From: Devosia sp.
GTDB lineage: Bacteria > Pseudomonadota > Alphaproteobacteria > Rhizobiales > Devosiaceae
Direction of reading: 5' to 3'
Assembly: GCA_041939225.1 (NCBI GenBank)
Contig: JBGTUK010000001.1
Coordinates: 1-52,336 of the forward strand
DNA length: 52,336 nt
Below, piece after piece: positions 37,326-46,869 of this stretch; the first letter of the stretch is position 1, and every line of letters starts with the position of its first letter. Position numbers and translations under genes: made by a program. The notes beneath the pieces are model-generated. The model had not been told where the DNA came from. It worked only from the letters and a program-made list of their open reading frames with translations, and did not search any database.

Positions 37326-38873
37326 ATGACCAAACCCAATCTCCTGCTCTCGCTAACCAACATCACCAAGCGGTTCGGCGCCCTTGTCGCTAACGACCAC
37401 ATTTCTTTCGACCTTCGCGAGGGCGAAATCCTTGCCCTCTTGGGAGAGAACGGCGCCGGCAAGACCACGCTGATGAACATCCTGTTCGGCCATTATGTGC
37501 AGGACGAGGGCACGGTCCGCGTTCGGACCAATGGCGGGGATATGGCAACCTTGCCGCCCGGCTCGCCGGGCGCGGCCCTGTCGGTCGGTGTTGGCATGGT
37601 GCACCAGCATTTCACTCTGGCCGAAAATCTCTCGGGCCTCGACAATATTCGCCTTGGCACCGAGGCGCTGCTCTCCTTGGGGCGACGCACCCCCGCGCGC
37701 GCCAGGATTGAGACCATCATTGCCGAGAGCGGGTTGGAGGTCGATATCGACCGTCGCGTCGCCGACCTCACGGTGGGCGAGAAGCAGCGCATTGAAATCC
37801 TCAAGGCACTCTATCGCGATGCCCGCGTCCTCATTCTGGATGAACCCACTGCCGTTCTGACACCCCAGGAAGCCGAGGGGCTGTTTGTGGTGTTGCGGCG
37901 GCTGGCGGCCAATGGCCTTGGGGTCATCTTTATTTCGCACAAGCTGGGCGAGGTGCTGGCCGTCTCGCACCGCATCATGGTGCTGCGTGCGGGCAGGAAA
38001 GCCGGTGAATTGACCACCGCCGAAGCCGACCGTCGTGCCATTGCCGATCTCATGGTCGGCAAGGCGGTCGCTCAGGTCACCCGCACACCGGGTTACCCCG
38101 GGGACCCTTTGCTTGAGCTGGACCATGTAACCCTGGCCAAGTCGGGCAGCCGCAGCGCCGTAACCGACGCCAGCTTCACCCTGCGCGCCGGAGAAATCAC
38201 TGGTCTGGCGGGAGTTTCCGGCAATGGACAGGCGGGCATCGCGGCCCTGCTCTCCGGCCTGGCAGTGCCCGACACGGGCACTATGCGGCTCTTCGGCGCG
38301 CCGGTGACCCGGGCCGATCCGCGCAGTCTCGTGCAACAGGGCGTCGCCCGCATGCCCGAGGATCGTCAGCACGACGGCGTTGTCGGAACCATGAGTGTTG
38401 CAGATAATATCGCGATCGAGGAAATTCGCTCCCCTGGGTTCTCGCGGCTCGGCCTGCTCGACAACACTGCCATGCGGGCCCGCGCCGAGAGCGCCATTGC
38501 GGCCTATGATGTGCGTTGTCCTGGACCGGACGCCGAGGCGCGGCTGCTCTCGGGCGGCAATGTGCAAAAGCTCATTATCGCTCGTGTGCTCGAACGCGAA
38601 CCGCGTATCATTCTGGCCAACCAGCCCACGCGCGGACTCGATATCGGCGCCCAGGCCGAAGTGCATCGCCGTATTATTGCTGCGCGCGATCGGGGCGCCG
38701 CGGTCCTGGTGATTTCCGAAGATCTCGACGAACTCTTCGCCCTGGCTGACCGGTTCCTCGTAATCCATGCAGGAGAGGTGGCCGAGGCCGGTCCGGCCGA
38801 TACACTCGACCGCGCCACCATCGGTCTGATGATGGCCGGACAGTCCCGCACCACGGAGCCCCTTGCCCAATGA
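37326..38873 (+). CDS. Nucleoside ABC transporter ATP-binding protein (two ABC domains, NupA/YufO-like)
   Basis: GENGAGKTTL, GMVHQHF, LILDEPTAVLTPQE, AGVSGNGQ, LSGGNVQK and QPTRGLD. Confidence 0.92.
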   Translation: MTKPNLLLSLTNITKRFGALVANDHISFDLREGEILALLGENGAGKTTLMNILFGHYVQDEGTVRVRTNGGDMATLPPGSPGAALSVGVGMVHQHFTLAENLSGLDNIRLGTEALLSLGRRTPARARIETIIAESGLEVDIDRRVADLTVGEKQRIEILKALYRDARVLILDEPTAVLTPQEAEGLFVVLRRLAANGLGVIFISHKLGEVLAVSHRIMVLRAGRKAGELTTAEADRRAIADLMVGKAVAQVTRTPGYPGDPLLELDHVTLAKSGSRSAVTDASFTLRAGEITGLAGVSGNGQAGIAALLSGLAVPDTGTMRLFGAPVTRADPRSLVQQGVARMPEDRQHDGVVGTMSVADNIAIEEIRSPGFSRLGLLDNTAMRARAESAIAAYDVRCPGPDAEARLLSGGNVQKLIIARVLEREPRIILANQPTRGLDIGAQAEVHRRIIAARDRGAAVLVISEDLDELFALADRFLVIHAGEVAEAGPADTLDRATIGLMMAGQSRTTEPLAQ

Positions 38874-39940
38874 GCCTCCGCCTCGACCCCCGCGAACATG
38901 CCCCCTTGCCGTTGAGCCTGCTCGTCTCTCTGCTCGCCGGTCTCGTCGCCCTGCTGCTGGTGGCCATTCCAGTCATGGCAGCGGGCGCCAACCCGTTCGA
39001 GGCCTATGTGCTCATGGCGCAGGGGGCATTCGGTTCAATGTTCGCCCTGTCCGAAACCCTTAATCGTGCCACCCCTCTCATCCTTACCGGCCTCGCCGCC
39101 GCCGTGGCCTTTCGCGCCAGGCTCTGGAACATCGGTGCCGAGGGTCAGCTCTACATGGGTGCCCTTGCAGCCGTGCTGGTTGGTTCGGGATTTCTACAGC
39201 TTCCGGGCCCGCTCGCCATCCCCGCCATCATGCTGGCCGGCTTCCTTGCAGGTGGCTTGATGATGGTGGTTCCGGCCATGCTCAAGCAACGCTTCGGCGC
39301 CGATGAGGTGGTCATCACTCTGCTGCTCAATTTTGTGGTCATCCTCTTCATCCAGATGCTGATCGAAGGCCCGCTCAAGGACCCGCTGGCCATGGGCTGG
39401 CCGCAATCGGTTCCGCTCGTCGCGGAGGCCAGGTTCGACAAGCTGATCCCGCGACTGCGCATGCATTGGGGGCTGGTCATTGGCCTTGTGGCCGCGCTCA
39501 TCCTCTGGCTCATGGTCAAGCGCACCGTGCTCGGCTTCGAAATCAAGGCGGTCGGTGAGAACAAGGCTGCGGCCCGCTTTGCCGGCATTCCGGTCGACGC
39601 CACCATGCTCAAGGTTGCCCTGATTTCGGGCGGCTTGGCGGGTCTGGCCGGCGTTGGCGAGGTGGCCGGAGTGAAAGGTTATCTCTCGGCCGATCTCTCG
39701 CCCGGGTTCGGCTATTCTGGCATTGTCGTAGCCATGCTCGCCGGCCTTTCGCCCATCGGCAGTGTCCTGGCGGCCATCTTTATTGCCGCCGTGTTCGTGG
39801 GCGCGGACTCGATGAGCCGGGCCACCGGCATTTCCAACTATCTCGCCGATCTGGTCGTGGCCCTGTCCCTGCTCTGTGTATTGGTCGGCAGCTTCTTCCT
39901 GCGCTTCCGGATGCAATGGCAATCTCGGCAGGAGCTCTGA
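38870..39940 (+). CDS. Nucleoside ABC transporter permease (NupB-like)
   Basis: ATPLILTGLA, WNIGAEGQLYMG, EVVITLLLN and GYSGIVVAML; ATGA overlap. Confidence 0.9.
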   Translation: MSLRLDPREHAPLPLSLLVSLLAGLVALLLVAIPVMAAGANPFEAYVLMAQGAFGSMFALSETLNRATPLILTGLAAAVAFRARLWNIGAEGQLYMGALAAVLVGSGFLQLPGPLAIPAIMLAGFLAGGLMMVVPAMLKQRFGADEVVITLLLNFVVILFIQMLIEGPLKDPLAMGWPQSVPLVAEARFDKLIPRLRMHWGLVIGLVAALILWLMVKRTVLGFEIKAVGENKAAARFAGIPVDATMLKVALISGGLAGLAGVGEVAGVKGYLSADLSPGFGYSGIVVAMLAGLSPIGSVLAAIFIAAVFVGADSMSRATGISNYLADLVVALSLLCVLVGSFFLRFRMQWQSRQEL

Positions 39941-39944
39941 GCCA

Positions 39945-40892
39945 ATGGATACCCTTCTTGATATCTTCAGCTCCGCCAATTTCTGGGCCGCCGCCATTCG
40001 CATCGCCACCCCGCTGATTTTTGGCGTGCTGGGCGCCCTGATCTGCGAACGCGCCGGTGTGCTCAATCTTGGTATCGAAGGCATCTTCGTGGCCGGGGCC
40101 ATGGCCGGCTGGCTCGCCGTCTATCTTGGTGCGGGTCTCTGGGGCGGCGTGCTGATCGCCGCGCTAGCGGGCGCCATCTTCGGCTTGTTGCATGCCATTC
40201 TCACGGTCATTCTGGGCCTCTCCCAACATGTCTCGGGCATCGGCATTACCCTGCTGGCGACCAGCGCCAGCTATTTCACCTACCGCACCACATTGCCCGA
40301 CGTCTCTTCCCCGCCGCGCATTGCACCATTCCAGCCCATCGCCGTCCCCGGCCTGTCCGACTTGCCCTTTATCGGCCCGGCTCTGTTCCAGCAAACCCTG
40401 TTCACCTGGCTGGCCCTGGCCCTAGTGGCACTCGTCGCCTTCGTGCTCTATCGCACGCCGCTGGGGCTCGCTATCCGCGCGGTTGGTGACAACCCGGCCT
40501 CGGTCGAAGCACAGGGGCTTTCGGTCCGCGGCCTGCGGATCGGCGCGGTGGTGATCGGTTCGGCCCTCATGGCGCTGGGCGGCGCCTTTCTCACCATGTC
40601 GGCCTTTGACGCCTTCTTCTTCGGCATGGTCAATGGCCGTGGCTGGATCTGCATCGCCCTGGTGGTCTTTGCCTCGTGGCAACCCGGCAAGGCGCTGCTT
40701 GGCGCTCTGCTGTTTGGTGCCTTTGACGCCTTCCAGATCCGTCTTCAGGCCGAGATCGGCCAAGTCGTGCCCGGCCAGGTCTTCCTGATGATGCCCTATC
40801 TGCTTTCTATCCTGGCCCTGGTGTTGGTCGCGCGCAAAGCCGACTATCCAAGAGCCCTGCTTCAGCCCTGGACCAAGGGGCAGCGCCACTAA
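39945..40892 (+). CDS. Nucleoside ABC transporter permease (NupC-like)
   Basis: ATPLIFGVLG, ERAGVLNLGIEG, GRGWICIALV and PYLLSIL. Confidence 0.9.
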   Translation: MDTLLDIFSSANFWAAAIRIATPLIFGVLGALICERAGVLNLGIEGIFVAGAMAGWLAVYLGAGLWGGVLIAALAGAIFGLLHAILTVILGLSQHVSGIGITLLATSASYFTYRTTLPDVSSPPRIAPFQPIAVPGLSDLPFIGPALFQQTLFTWLALALVALVAFVLYRTPLGLAIRAVGDNPASVEAQGLSVRGLRIGAVVIGSALMALGGAFLTMSAFDAFFFGMVNGRGWICIALVVFASWQPGKALLGALLFGAFDAFQIRLQAEIGQVVPGQVFLMMPYLLSILALVLVARKADYPRALLQPWTKGQRH

Positions 40893-40906
40893 CTGCGGGA
40901 CCATCC

Positions 40907-42190
40907 ATGTTTGATCTCATGCTCACCAACGCCACCCTGCCTGACGGCCGCACCGGCATCGACATCGGCATCCAGCGCGACCGCATCGCGGCGCTCGAAC
41001 CCAAACTCGGGGGCGATGCTGCCGAGACGATCGATGCCGCCGGACAACTCGTCTCCCCGCCCTTTGTCGACTGCCACTTCCACATGGACGCCACGCTCTC
41101 GCTCGGACTGCCGCGCTACAATGAAAGCGGCCTCTTGCTCGAAGGCATCCAGATCTGGGGCGAGCTGAAACCGCTGCTCACCCAGGAGGCTGTGATCCAG
41201 CGCGCGCTGGACTATTGCGATCTCGCCGTCAGCCAGGGCATGCTCGCCATCCGCACCCATGTCGATATCTGCGACGACCGTCTGCTCGGCGTGGAGGCCC
41301 TGCTCGAGGTCAAAAAACAGGTCGCGCCCTATATCGATCTGCAACTCGTGGCGTTCCCACAGGATGGCTATTTCCGCTCTCCCGGCGCCGTAGATTTGCT
41401 CAATCGCGCGCTCGACATGGGTGTCGACGTGGTAGGGGGCATTCCACATTTCGAACGCACCATGGCCGACGGCGCGGCCAGCGTGAAAGCACTCTGCGAA
41501 ATTGCCGCCGAACGCGGTCTTCTGGTCGATCTGCACTGCGACGAGACCGATGATCCGCTCAGCCGTCATATCGAGACCTTGGCCTACGAAACCCAGCGCC
41601 TCGGCCTAGGCGGCCGGGTTAATGGCTCGCACCTGACCTCCATGCATTCCATGGACAATTATTATGTCTCGAAGCTGCTGCCGCTGATGGCCGAGGCCGG
41701 TGTCAGCGCCACCGCCAACCCGCTGATCAATATCGGCATTCAGGGTCGCCACGATACCTATCCCAAGCGCCGCGGCATGACGCGCATTCCCGAAATGCTG
41801 ACCTACGGCATCACCTGCGCCTTCGGCCATGACTGCGTCATGGACCCCTGGTATTCGCTGGGTCAGGGCGACATGCTCGAAGTGGCCTCAATGGGTTTGC
41901 ACGTGGCGCAGATGACCAGCCGCGACGCCATGCGCACCTGCTTCGACCTCGTCACCAAGGGCCCGGCCGAGATCATGCATCTCGATGGCTATGGCATTGA
42001 AATCGGCAACAAGGCCGACATGGTCCTGCTCCAGGCCGCCGACCCCATCGAAGCCATTCGCCTCAAGGCCACACGCTTGGCCGTCATCAAGTCTGGAAAG
42101 GTGATTGCATCCGCGCCGCGCCACGAAAGCGCGCTGTCACTGCCTGGACGCCCCAATTCCGTTGACGCCTCACGCGTCGGCCCGCGCTGA
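40907..42190 (+). CDS. codA: CodA-like cytosine / 5-methylcytosine deaminase (amidohydrolase)
   Basis: HxH (CHFHMD), IRTHVD, VAFPQDG, GGIPHFE, DLHCDETDD, GSHLTSM and FGHDC.MDPWY. Confidence 0.85.
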   Translation: MFDLMLTNATLPDGRTGIDIGIQRDRIAALEPKLGGDAAETIDAAGQLVSPPFVDCHFHMDATLSLGLPRYNESGLLLEGIQIWGELKPLLTQEAVIQRALDYCDLAVSQGMLAIRTHVDICDDRLLGVEALLEVKKQVAPYIDLQLVAFPQDGYFRSPGAVDLLNRALDMGVDVVGGIPHFERTMADGAASVKALCEIAAERGLLVDLHCDETDDPLSRHIETLAYETQRLGLGGRVNGSHLTSMHSMDNYYVSKLLPLMAEAGVSATANPLINIGIQGRHDTYPKRRGMTRIPEMLTYGITCAFGHDCVMDPWYSLGQGDMLEVASMGLHVAQMTSRDAMRTCFDLVTKGPAEIMHLDGYGIEIGNKADMVLLQAADPIEAIRLKATRLAVIKSGKVIASAPRHESALSLPGRPNSVDASRVGPR

Positions 42191-42330
42191 CGGAGAACGC
42201 TTCCCCGTTCAGGCACATCGCCGATGCGAACTACACCTCCCACGGATGAAAGCCGTCGAGGCCCGACATTGACCCCAGGCGTTTGATGCGGCACTGCATC
42301 ACCAGAAAACACCGATAAAGGTCCGTCCGC

Positions 42331-43155
42331 ATGATCCCGATTATCGACACCCACCTGCACCTGATCTACCCGGACCGGTTTGCCTATCCCTGGCTCTCGG
42401 GCGCACCAGCCCTCAACCGGCCCTGCAGCATCGAAGACTATCTGGCAGAGGCCCGCCCTCTCGGTATTGAGGCGGCTCTGCATATGGAGGTCGATGTCGA
42501 TGAGAGACACAGCGCCGCAGAGTCGCGCTTTGTGACCGAACTGGATGGCATGGTTGGCGCCATCGCGGGATGCCGCCCCGAAAGCCCCGATTTCGAGCGG
42601 CAATTGGACGAGTTGGCCGACATCGCAGGACTGCGCGGACTGCGTCGTGTTCTGCATCGAGCCCCCAACACGCTGAGCCAGACGCCTCATTTCGTCGAGA
42701 ATATTCGCCGTCTCGCCGCCCGCGACCTGACCTTCGATCTGTGCGTCCGCCACGACCAATTGCCCATTGGCCAGGCCCTGGTCGATAGTTGCCCCGAGGT
42801 CAGCTTCGTGCTCGACCATTGCGGCGCCCAGGACATCACCGTGGGCGATTTTTCACCCTGGCGCGAGCATATCGCCGAAATTGCCAGGCGCCCTAACCTG
42901 AATGCCAAGATATCCGGTATCATGGCCTATGCTGGCAAAGACTGGACACTCGACGCCATTCGACCTTATGTCGAACATGTTATTGAGAAGTTTGGCTGGG
43001 ACCGCGTCGTCTGGGGCTCGGACCACCCTGTTGTCACCTTGGGCGGCTCTCTGACCGACTGGGTCGGCGCGACACGGGAGATCGTCAAGGGCACCAGCCT
43101 GGACGAGCAGGCAAAACTGTTCAACGTCAACGCAAAGCGGATCTATCGCCTCTAG
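42331..43155 (+). CDS. Amidohydrolase_2 family protein (sugar lactonase-like)
   Basis: IIDTHLHL; LRGLRRVL; FVLDHCG; KISG; FGWDRVVWGSDHPV. Confidence 0.8.
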   Translation: MIPIIDTHLHLIYPDRFAYPWLSGAPALNRPCSIEDYLAEARPLGIEAALHMEVDVDERHSAAESRFVTELDGMVGAIAGCRPESPDFERQLDELADIAGLRGLRRVLHRAPNTLSQTPHFVENIRRLAARDLTFDLCVRHDQLPIGQALVDSCPEVSFVLDHCGAQDITVGDFSPWREHIAEIARRPNLNAKISGIMAYAGKDWTLDAIRPYVEHVIEKFGWDRVVWGSDHPVVTLGGSLTDWVGATREIVKGTSLDEQAKLFNVNAKRIYRL

Positions 43156-43212
43156 ACGCCAGAAAATTGGCACGGCCCGTGGCTCATCCGTTTGGAGCCC
43201 GGGCAACCGGGC

Positions 43213-44640
43213 CTATTCCACCATGATATGGCGGATCTGGGTGTAATCGATCAGCGACTGCATGGAGAGATCCGATCCATAGCCCGAATTCTTCATGCCG
43301 CCATGCGGCATTTCGGTGGCCATCACGCCATGGGTATTGACCCAGGTCACCCCATATTCAAGCGCATTGGCGATAGCCATGGCCCGGCTGCCGTCCCGCG
43401 ACCAGACCGATGACCCAAGCCCGTATTCGGACGCATTGGCCCAATCGACCGCCTGCTGGGCATCATCGAATGGCGTGATGCTGAGCACCGGCCCGAACAC
43501 TTCCTTCTGTACGATTTCCGCCTCGATCGGTGCAGCCACCAGCGTGGGCGAAAAGAAATAGCCACCGGAATCGGGCGCTGCACCCTGCATCACATCAAAG
43601 CCAGCGCTGCGCGCTCGCGACACGAACCCGTCGACACGGTCCAACTGCCGCTGGCTGATCACCGGCCCGAATTCCACATCGTCCCGCTCGGGCCTGCCAT
43701 AGACCAGCGATCCGATCATGGTTTCCAGCCGGTCGGTCAGATCTTGCGCGATGTCCTTGTGCACCAGGAGACGACAGGCCGCCGTGCAGTCCTGCCCGGC
43801 ATTGTAGAAGCTGGCCTCGCGCAAGGTCTCGACAAGCTTGTCCAGATCGGCATCCGCACACACGATCACCGGCGCCTTGCCACCCAGTTCGAGATGGGTC
43901 CGCTTGATGGTGTTTCCCGCCGCCGCCTGTAACACCGCACGCCCCGTGCGCACATCACCCGTCAGCGAGATCATTCGCACCAGGTCGTGCGAAATCAGCC
44001 GGTTGCCCACCTCTGGCCCATTGCCGCAGATCACATTGACCACCCCCGGCGGCAGAATGTCCGCAAAGATTTCGCTAAGCGCCAACAGGCTGAGCGGGGT
44101 CATTTCCGAGGGCTTGATGACCACGGCATTACCGGCCGCAATCGCCGGGGCAATTTTCCAGGCCGCCATCAGCAGCGGGTAGTTCCAGGGCGCGATCTGG
44201 GCGATCACACCAATCGGGTCGCGCCGCACCAGGCTGGTGCGGGTCGTGGAGCGGTAGTTGCCCGCGGCCGGTGCCGGCACATTGCGCACCGCCGTGCCAT
44301 AGAAGCGGAATACATCGGCGACATTGGCCAACTCGCCGGCCTTGACGAAGCGCAGTGGCTTTCCCGCATTGCGCGACTCGATCCCGGCAAGCTGATCCGC
44401 CTTGGCTTCAATGCTGGCGGCGATGGCCAGGAGCGCCGCGCTGCGTTCGCGTGGCGTCGTCTTGGACCAGGACCGATAAGCCGTATCCGCCGCCAGCACC
44501 GCCTGGTCGATCTGCGCATCGCTGGCCGAGGCAATCTCGGCCAGTGGTTGGCCCAGGGCCGGCTCAAAGGCGGCTTCAACCTTGCCTTCGCCCTCGACAT
44601 AGCTGCCATTGATGAACAGGCGGGTTTCCATTTCACTCAT
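43213..44640 (-). CDS. Aminobutyraldehyde dehydrogenase (PatD/YdcW-like ALDH)
   Basis: IAPWNYPLLMAAWK; LELGGKAP; FYNAGQDCTA; EVFGPV; EMPHGGMKNSGYGSD. Confidence 0.85.
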   Translation of the reverse strand: MSEMETRLFINGSYVEGEGKVEAAFEPALGQPLAEIASASDAQIDQAVLAADTAYRSWSKTTPRERSAALLAIAASIEAKADQLAGIESRNAGKPLRFVKAGELANVADVFRFYGTAVRNVPAPAAGNYRSTTRTSLVRRDPIGVIAQIAPWNYPLLMAAWKIAPAIAAGNAVVIKPSEMTPLSLLALSEIFADILPPGVVNVICGNGPEVGNRLISHDLVRMISLTGDVRTGRAVLQAAAGNTIKRTHLELGGKAPVIVCADADLDKLVETLREASFYNAGQDCTAACRLLVHKDIAQDLTDRLETMIGSLVYGRPERDDVEFGPVISQRQLDRVDGFVSRARSAGFDVMQGAAPDSGGYFFSPTLVAAPIEAEIVQKEVFGPVLSITPFDDAQQAVDWANASEYGLGSSVWSRDGSRAMAIANALEYGVTWVNTHGVMATEMPHGGMKNSGYGSDLSMQSLIDYTQIRHIMVE

Positions 44641-45428
44641 GCGCTCAACTCCGATCCTGGGGCGGGCATGTAGCGTGCCCGCGCCGCCTCGCCCAGATAA
44701 TGCCAGAAGGCCAGGTCATGTGCCCGCTCCGCGGGCCGCCATTCCGGATGCCACTGGACGGCAAACACCGGCGCCGGCGTATGGTTGGCCGAGATGGCCT
44801 CGATGACGCCATCGGGCCCGGTGCCATTGACCACCAACCCCTCGGCGAGGCGGTCGATGGCCTGAAAATGGACGCTGTTCACGTCCACGCGATCCCCATC
44901 GACAATGCGATGCAGCATCCCACCGGGGTTGACCTCGATTTCGTGCCCAAATCCGAACATCTCTTCAAGCGACGCGTCTGACGGAGCGTGATGCGGGTCG
45001 CCTTGATCGCTCTCGCGCAGATCGCGCAGGGTGCCGCCGAGTGCGACATTGATTTCCTGAAGTCCCCGGCAAATGCCGAAAACCGGCTTGGCCGCCGTAA
45101 TAGCTGCATGGACCAACGCCTGGCTGAATGCATCGCGTCCATCATCAATCGGTGCTTGCCCAACGCGTGTGGAACCGTAGTGATGTGGCGCAATATTGGA
45201 ATTGCTGCCCGTCAGCATGACCGCATCGAGCCGGGACACCAGTTCGACCGCCCGCCCGACATCCTGATTTGAGGGTACAATGAGCGGGACCGCGTCCGCA
45301 TATTCTTCCACCGCCTCAAGGTAGCGGTGCTTGACCGCCTGTGCGGGTTCGCCTTCCACCATGCGGCCGCAGGCAATGATCCCGATCACCGGGCGGTGCC
45401 GAATTCTTTGCACATCCGTTGTTCGCAT
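44637..45428 (-). CDS. puuD: Gamma-glutamyl-gamma-aminobutyrate hydrolase (PuuD-like, peptidase C26)
   Basis: LTGSNSNI; FGICRGLQEINVALGGTL; VNSVHFQ; AVQWHPEW. Confidence 0.85.
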   Translation of the reverse strand: MRTTDVQRIRHRPVIGIIACGRMVEGEPAQAVKHRYLEAVEEYADAVPLIVPSNQDVGRAVELVSRLDAVMLTGSNSNIAPHHYGSTRVGQAPIDDGRDAFSQALVHAAITAAKPVFGICRGLQEINVALGGTLRDLRESDQGDPHHAPSDASLEEMFGFGHEIEVNPGGMLHRIVDGDRVDVNSVHFQAIDRLAEGLVVNGTGPDGVIEAISANHTPAPVFAVQWHPEWRPAERAHDLAFWHYLGEAARARYMPAPGSELSA

Positions 45429-45507
45429 TATTGCTACACAGCCTCCCGCAACGCCTCGGCACCTGCTAGTTTGATGCTATGTCATACAAAAAGGGCGACG
45501 CACAGGC

Positions 45508-46869
45508 ATGAGTTCCGATCCGATCGCAAACGAAGACATTGTCTCCTGGCTTGCGGCTAACCCCCAGATCGAAGTGCTGCACACGGCGGTGTGCGATCTC
45601 AACGGCATTTTACGCGGCAAACGCATCCCGATCGATCAGGCCCAACGCGTCGCGGAGAGCGGTATCCGCATGCCCCTGTCCATCGTCGGTGTTGATGTGT
45701 GGGGCGAAGACATTGTGGGCAATCCGCTGGTTTATTCGAGCGGCGACGTCGATGGCATCTGCAGCCCGACGGGACGCGGCGCGCTCCCCATCAACTGGAC
45801 GACCCGGCCCAGCGCCATGATCCCACTCTGGCTGTTTCAGGATGCGCGCACACCCTTTCTGGGCGATCCGCGCCAGGCGCTGGCGCACGTCTTGCGCCGC
45901 TACGCGGAACATGGCCTTGAGCCCGTCGTCGCCACCGAACTCGAATTCTACCTGGTCGATCCCGACCCCGATTCTGCGCAACCGCCGATTTCCCCCTATA
46001 CTGGCAAACGGCTGGACTCCGACGCCATCCTCTCGCTCGATGAGTTGGAGGACTTCGGTGAGTTCTTCCGCGACGTCTACCTGCAATGCGAACAGCAAAA
46101 CGTGCCCGCCGACACGGCCGTCGCCGAGAACGGTATCGGCCAGTTCGAGATCAATTTGCTGCACACCAACGGCCTCAAGGCCGCGGACGACGCCGTTCTG
46201 TTCAAGCGCATCGTCAAGGGCGTCGCGCGCAAGCACAATCTCGTCGCTACCTTCATGGCCAAGCCCTATGGCGCCCGTTCCGGCAATGGTTTCCACGTGC
46301 ATTTCAGCCTCAATGACCAGGCCGGCAACAACGTCTTCGACGACGGCACCGAAAGCGGCTCGGAGGTGATGCACCACGCCGTGGGGGGCCTGATGGCCGG
46401 CATGGCCGAAACCACCCTGCTTTTTGCCCCCCATTTCAACTCGTTCCGCCGGCTGCGCCCGGATACTCATGCACCCAGCGCTGTGTCCTGGGGTTACGAA
46501 AACCGCACCACAGCCGTGCGTATTCCGGGCGGCAACCCCAAGGCCCGGCGCATCGAGCATCGCGTTTCGGGCGCCGATGCCAATCCCTATCTGGTGTTGG
46601 CCGGCATTCTCGGCGCTGCTCTTGTCGGCATCGAAGACCAGATCAAGCCACCCAAGCCCTTCAAAGGCCGCGCCTATTCCGAGCGCCTACCCAAGCTGCC
46701 GGCTGACTGGGCCTCCGCCATCAACGCCTTTGAGGATGGGGACATGGTGCCACGCATCTTCGACAACACGCTGCAATCCATGTTCGTAGCCTGCAAGCGC
46801 CAGGAAAACGCTGGCTTTGCCTCGCAGGTCACGGATCTCGAATTCTCCGCCTATCTCGAGGTTGTGTAA
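45508..46869 (+). CDS. puuA: Glutamine synthetase family protein (gamma-glutamylputrescine synthetase PuuA-like)
   Basis: DLNGILRGK; ATELEFYL; GQFEIN; ATFMAKPY..SGNGFHVH; WGYENRT; RIEHRVSGADANPYL; sits between puuD- and puuB-like genes. Confidence 0.8.
   Translation: MSSDPIANEDIVSWLAANPQIEVLHTAVCDLNGILRGKRIPIDQAQRVAESGIRMPLSIVGVDVWGEDIVGNPLVYSSGDVDGICSPTGRGALPINWTTRPSAMIPLWLFQDARTPFLGDPRQALAHVLRRYAEHGLEPVVATELEFYLVDPDPDSAQPPISPYTGKRLDSDAILSLDELEDFGEFFRDVYLQCEQQNVPADTAVAENGIGQFEINLLHTNGLKAADDAVLFKRIVKGVARKHNLVATFMAKPYGARSGNGFHVHFSLNDQAGNNVFDDGTESGSEVMHHAVGGLMAGMAETTLLFAPHFNSFRRLRPDTHAPSAVSWGYENRTTAVRIPGGNPKARRIEHRVSGADANPYLVLAGILGAALVGIEDQIKPPKPFKGRAYSERLPKLPADWASAINAFEDGDMVPRIFDNTLQSMFVACKRQENAGFASQVTDLEFSAYLEVV

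Noticed and set aside
37353-38870. 505-aa ORF antisense to the nucleoside ABC ATPase
   Set aside because: Shadow ORF in register with a well-supported high-GC gene; no recognisable motifs.
43168-43185. TGGCACG sequence resembling a sigma54 -24 box (also TGGCAC near 19253)
   Set aside because: No GC at the required -12 spacing; the 43168 site also lies between convergent genes.
45610-46560. 316-aa ORF antisense to the glutamine synthetase-like gene
   Set aside because: Shadow ORF with no independent support.
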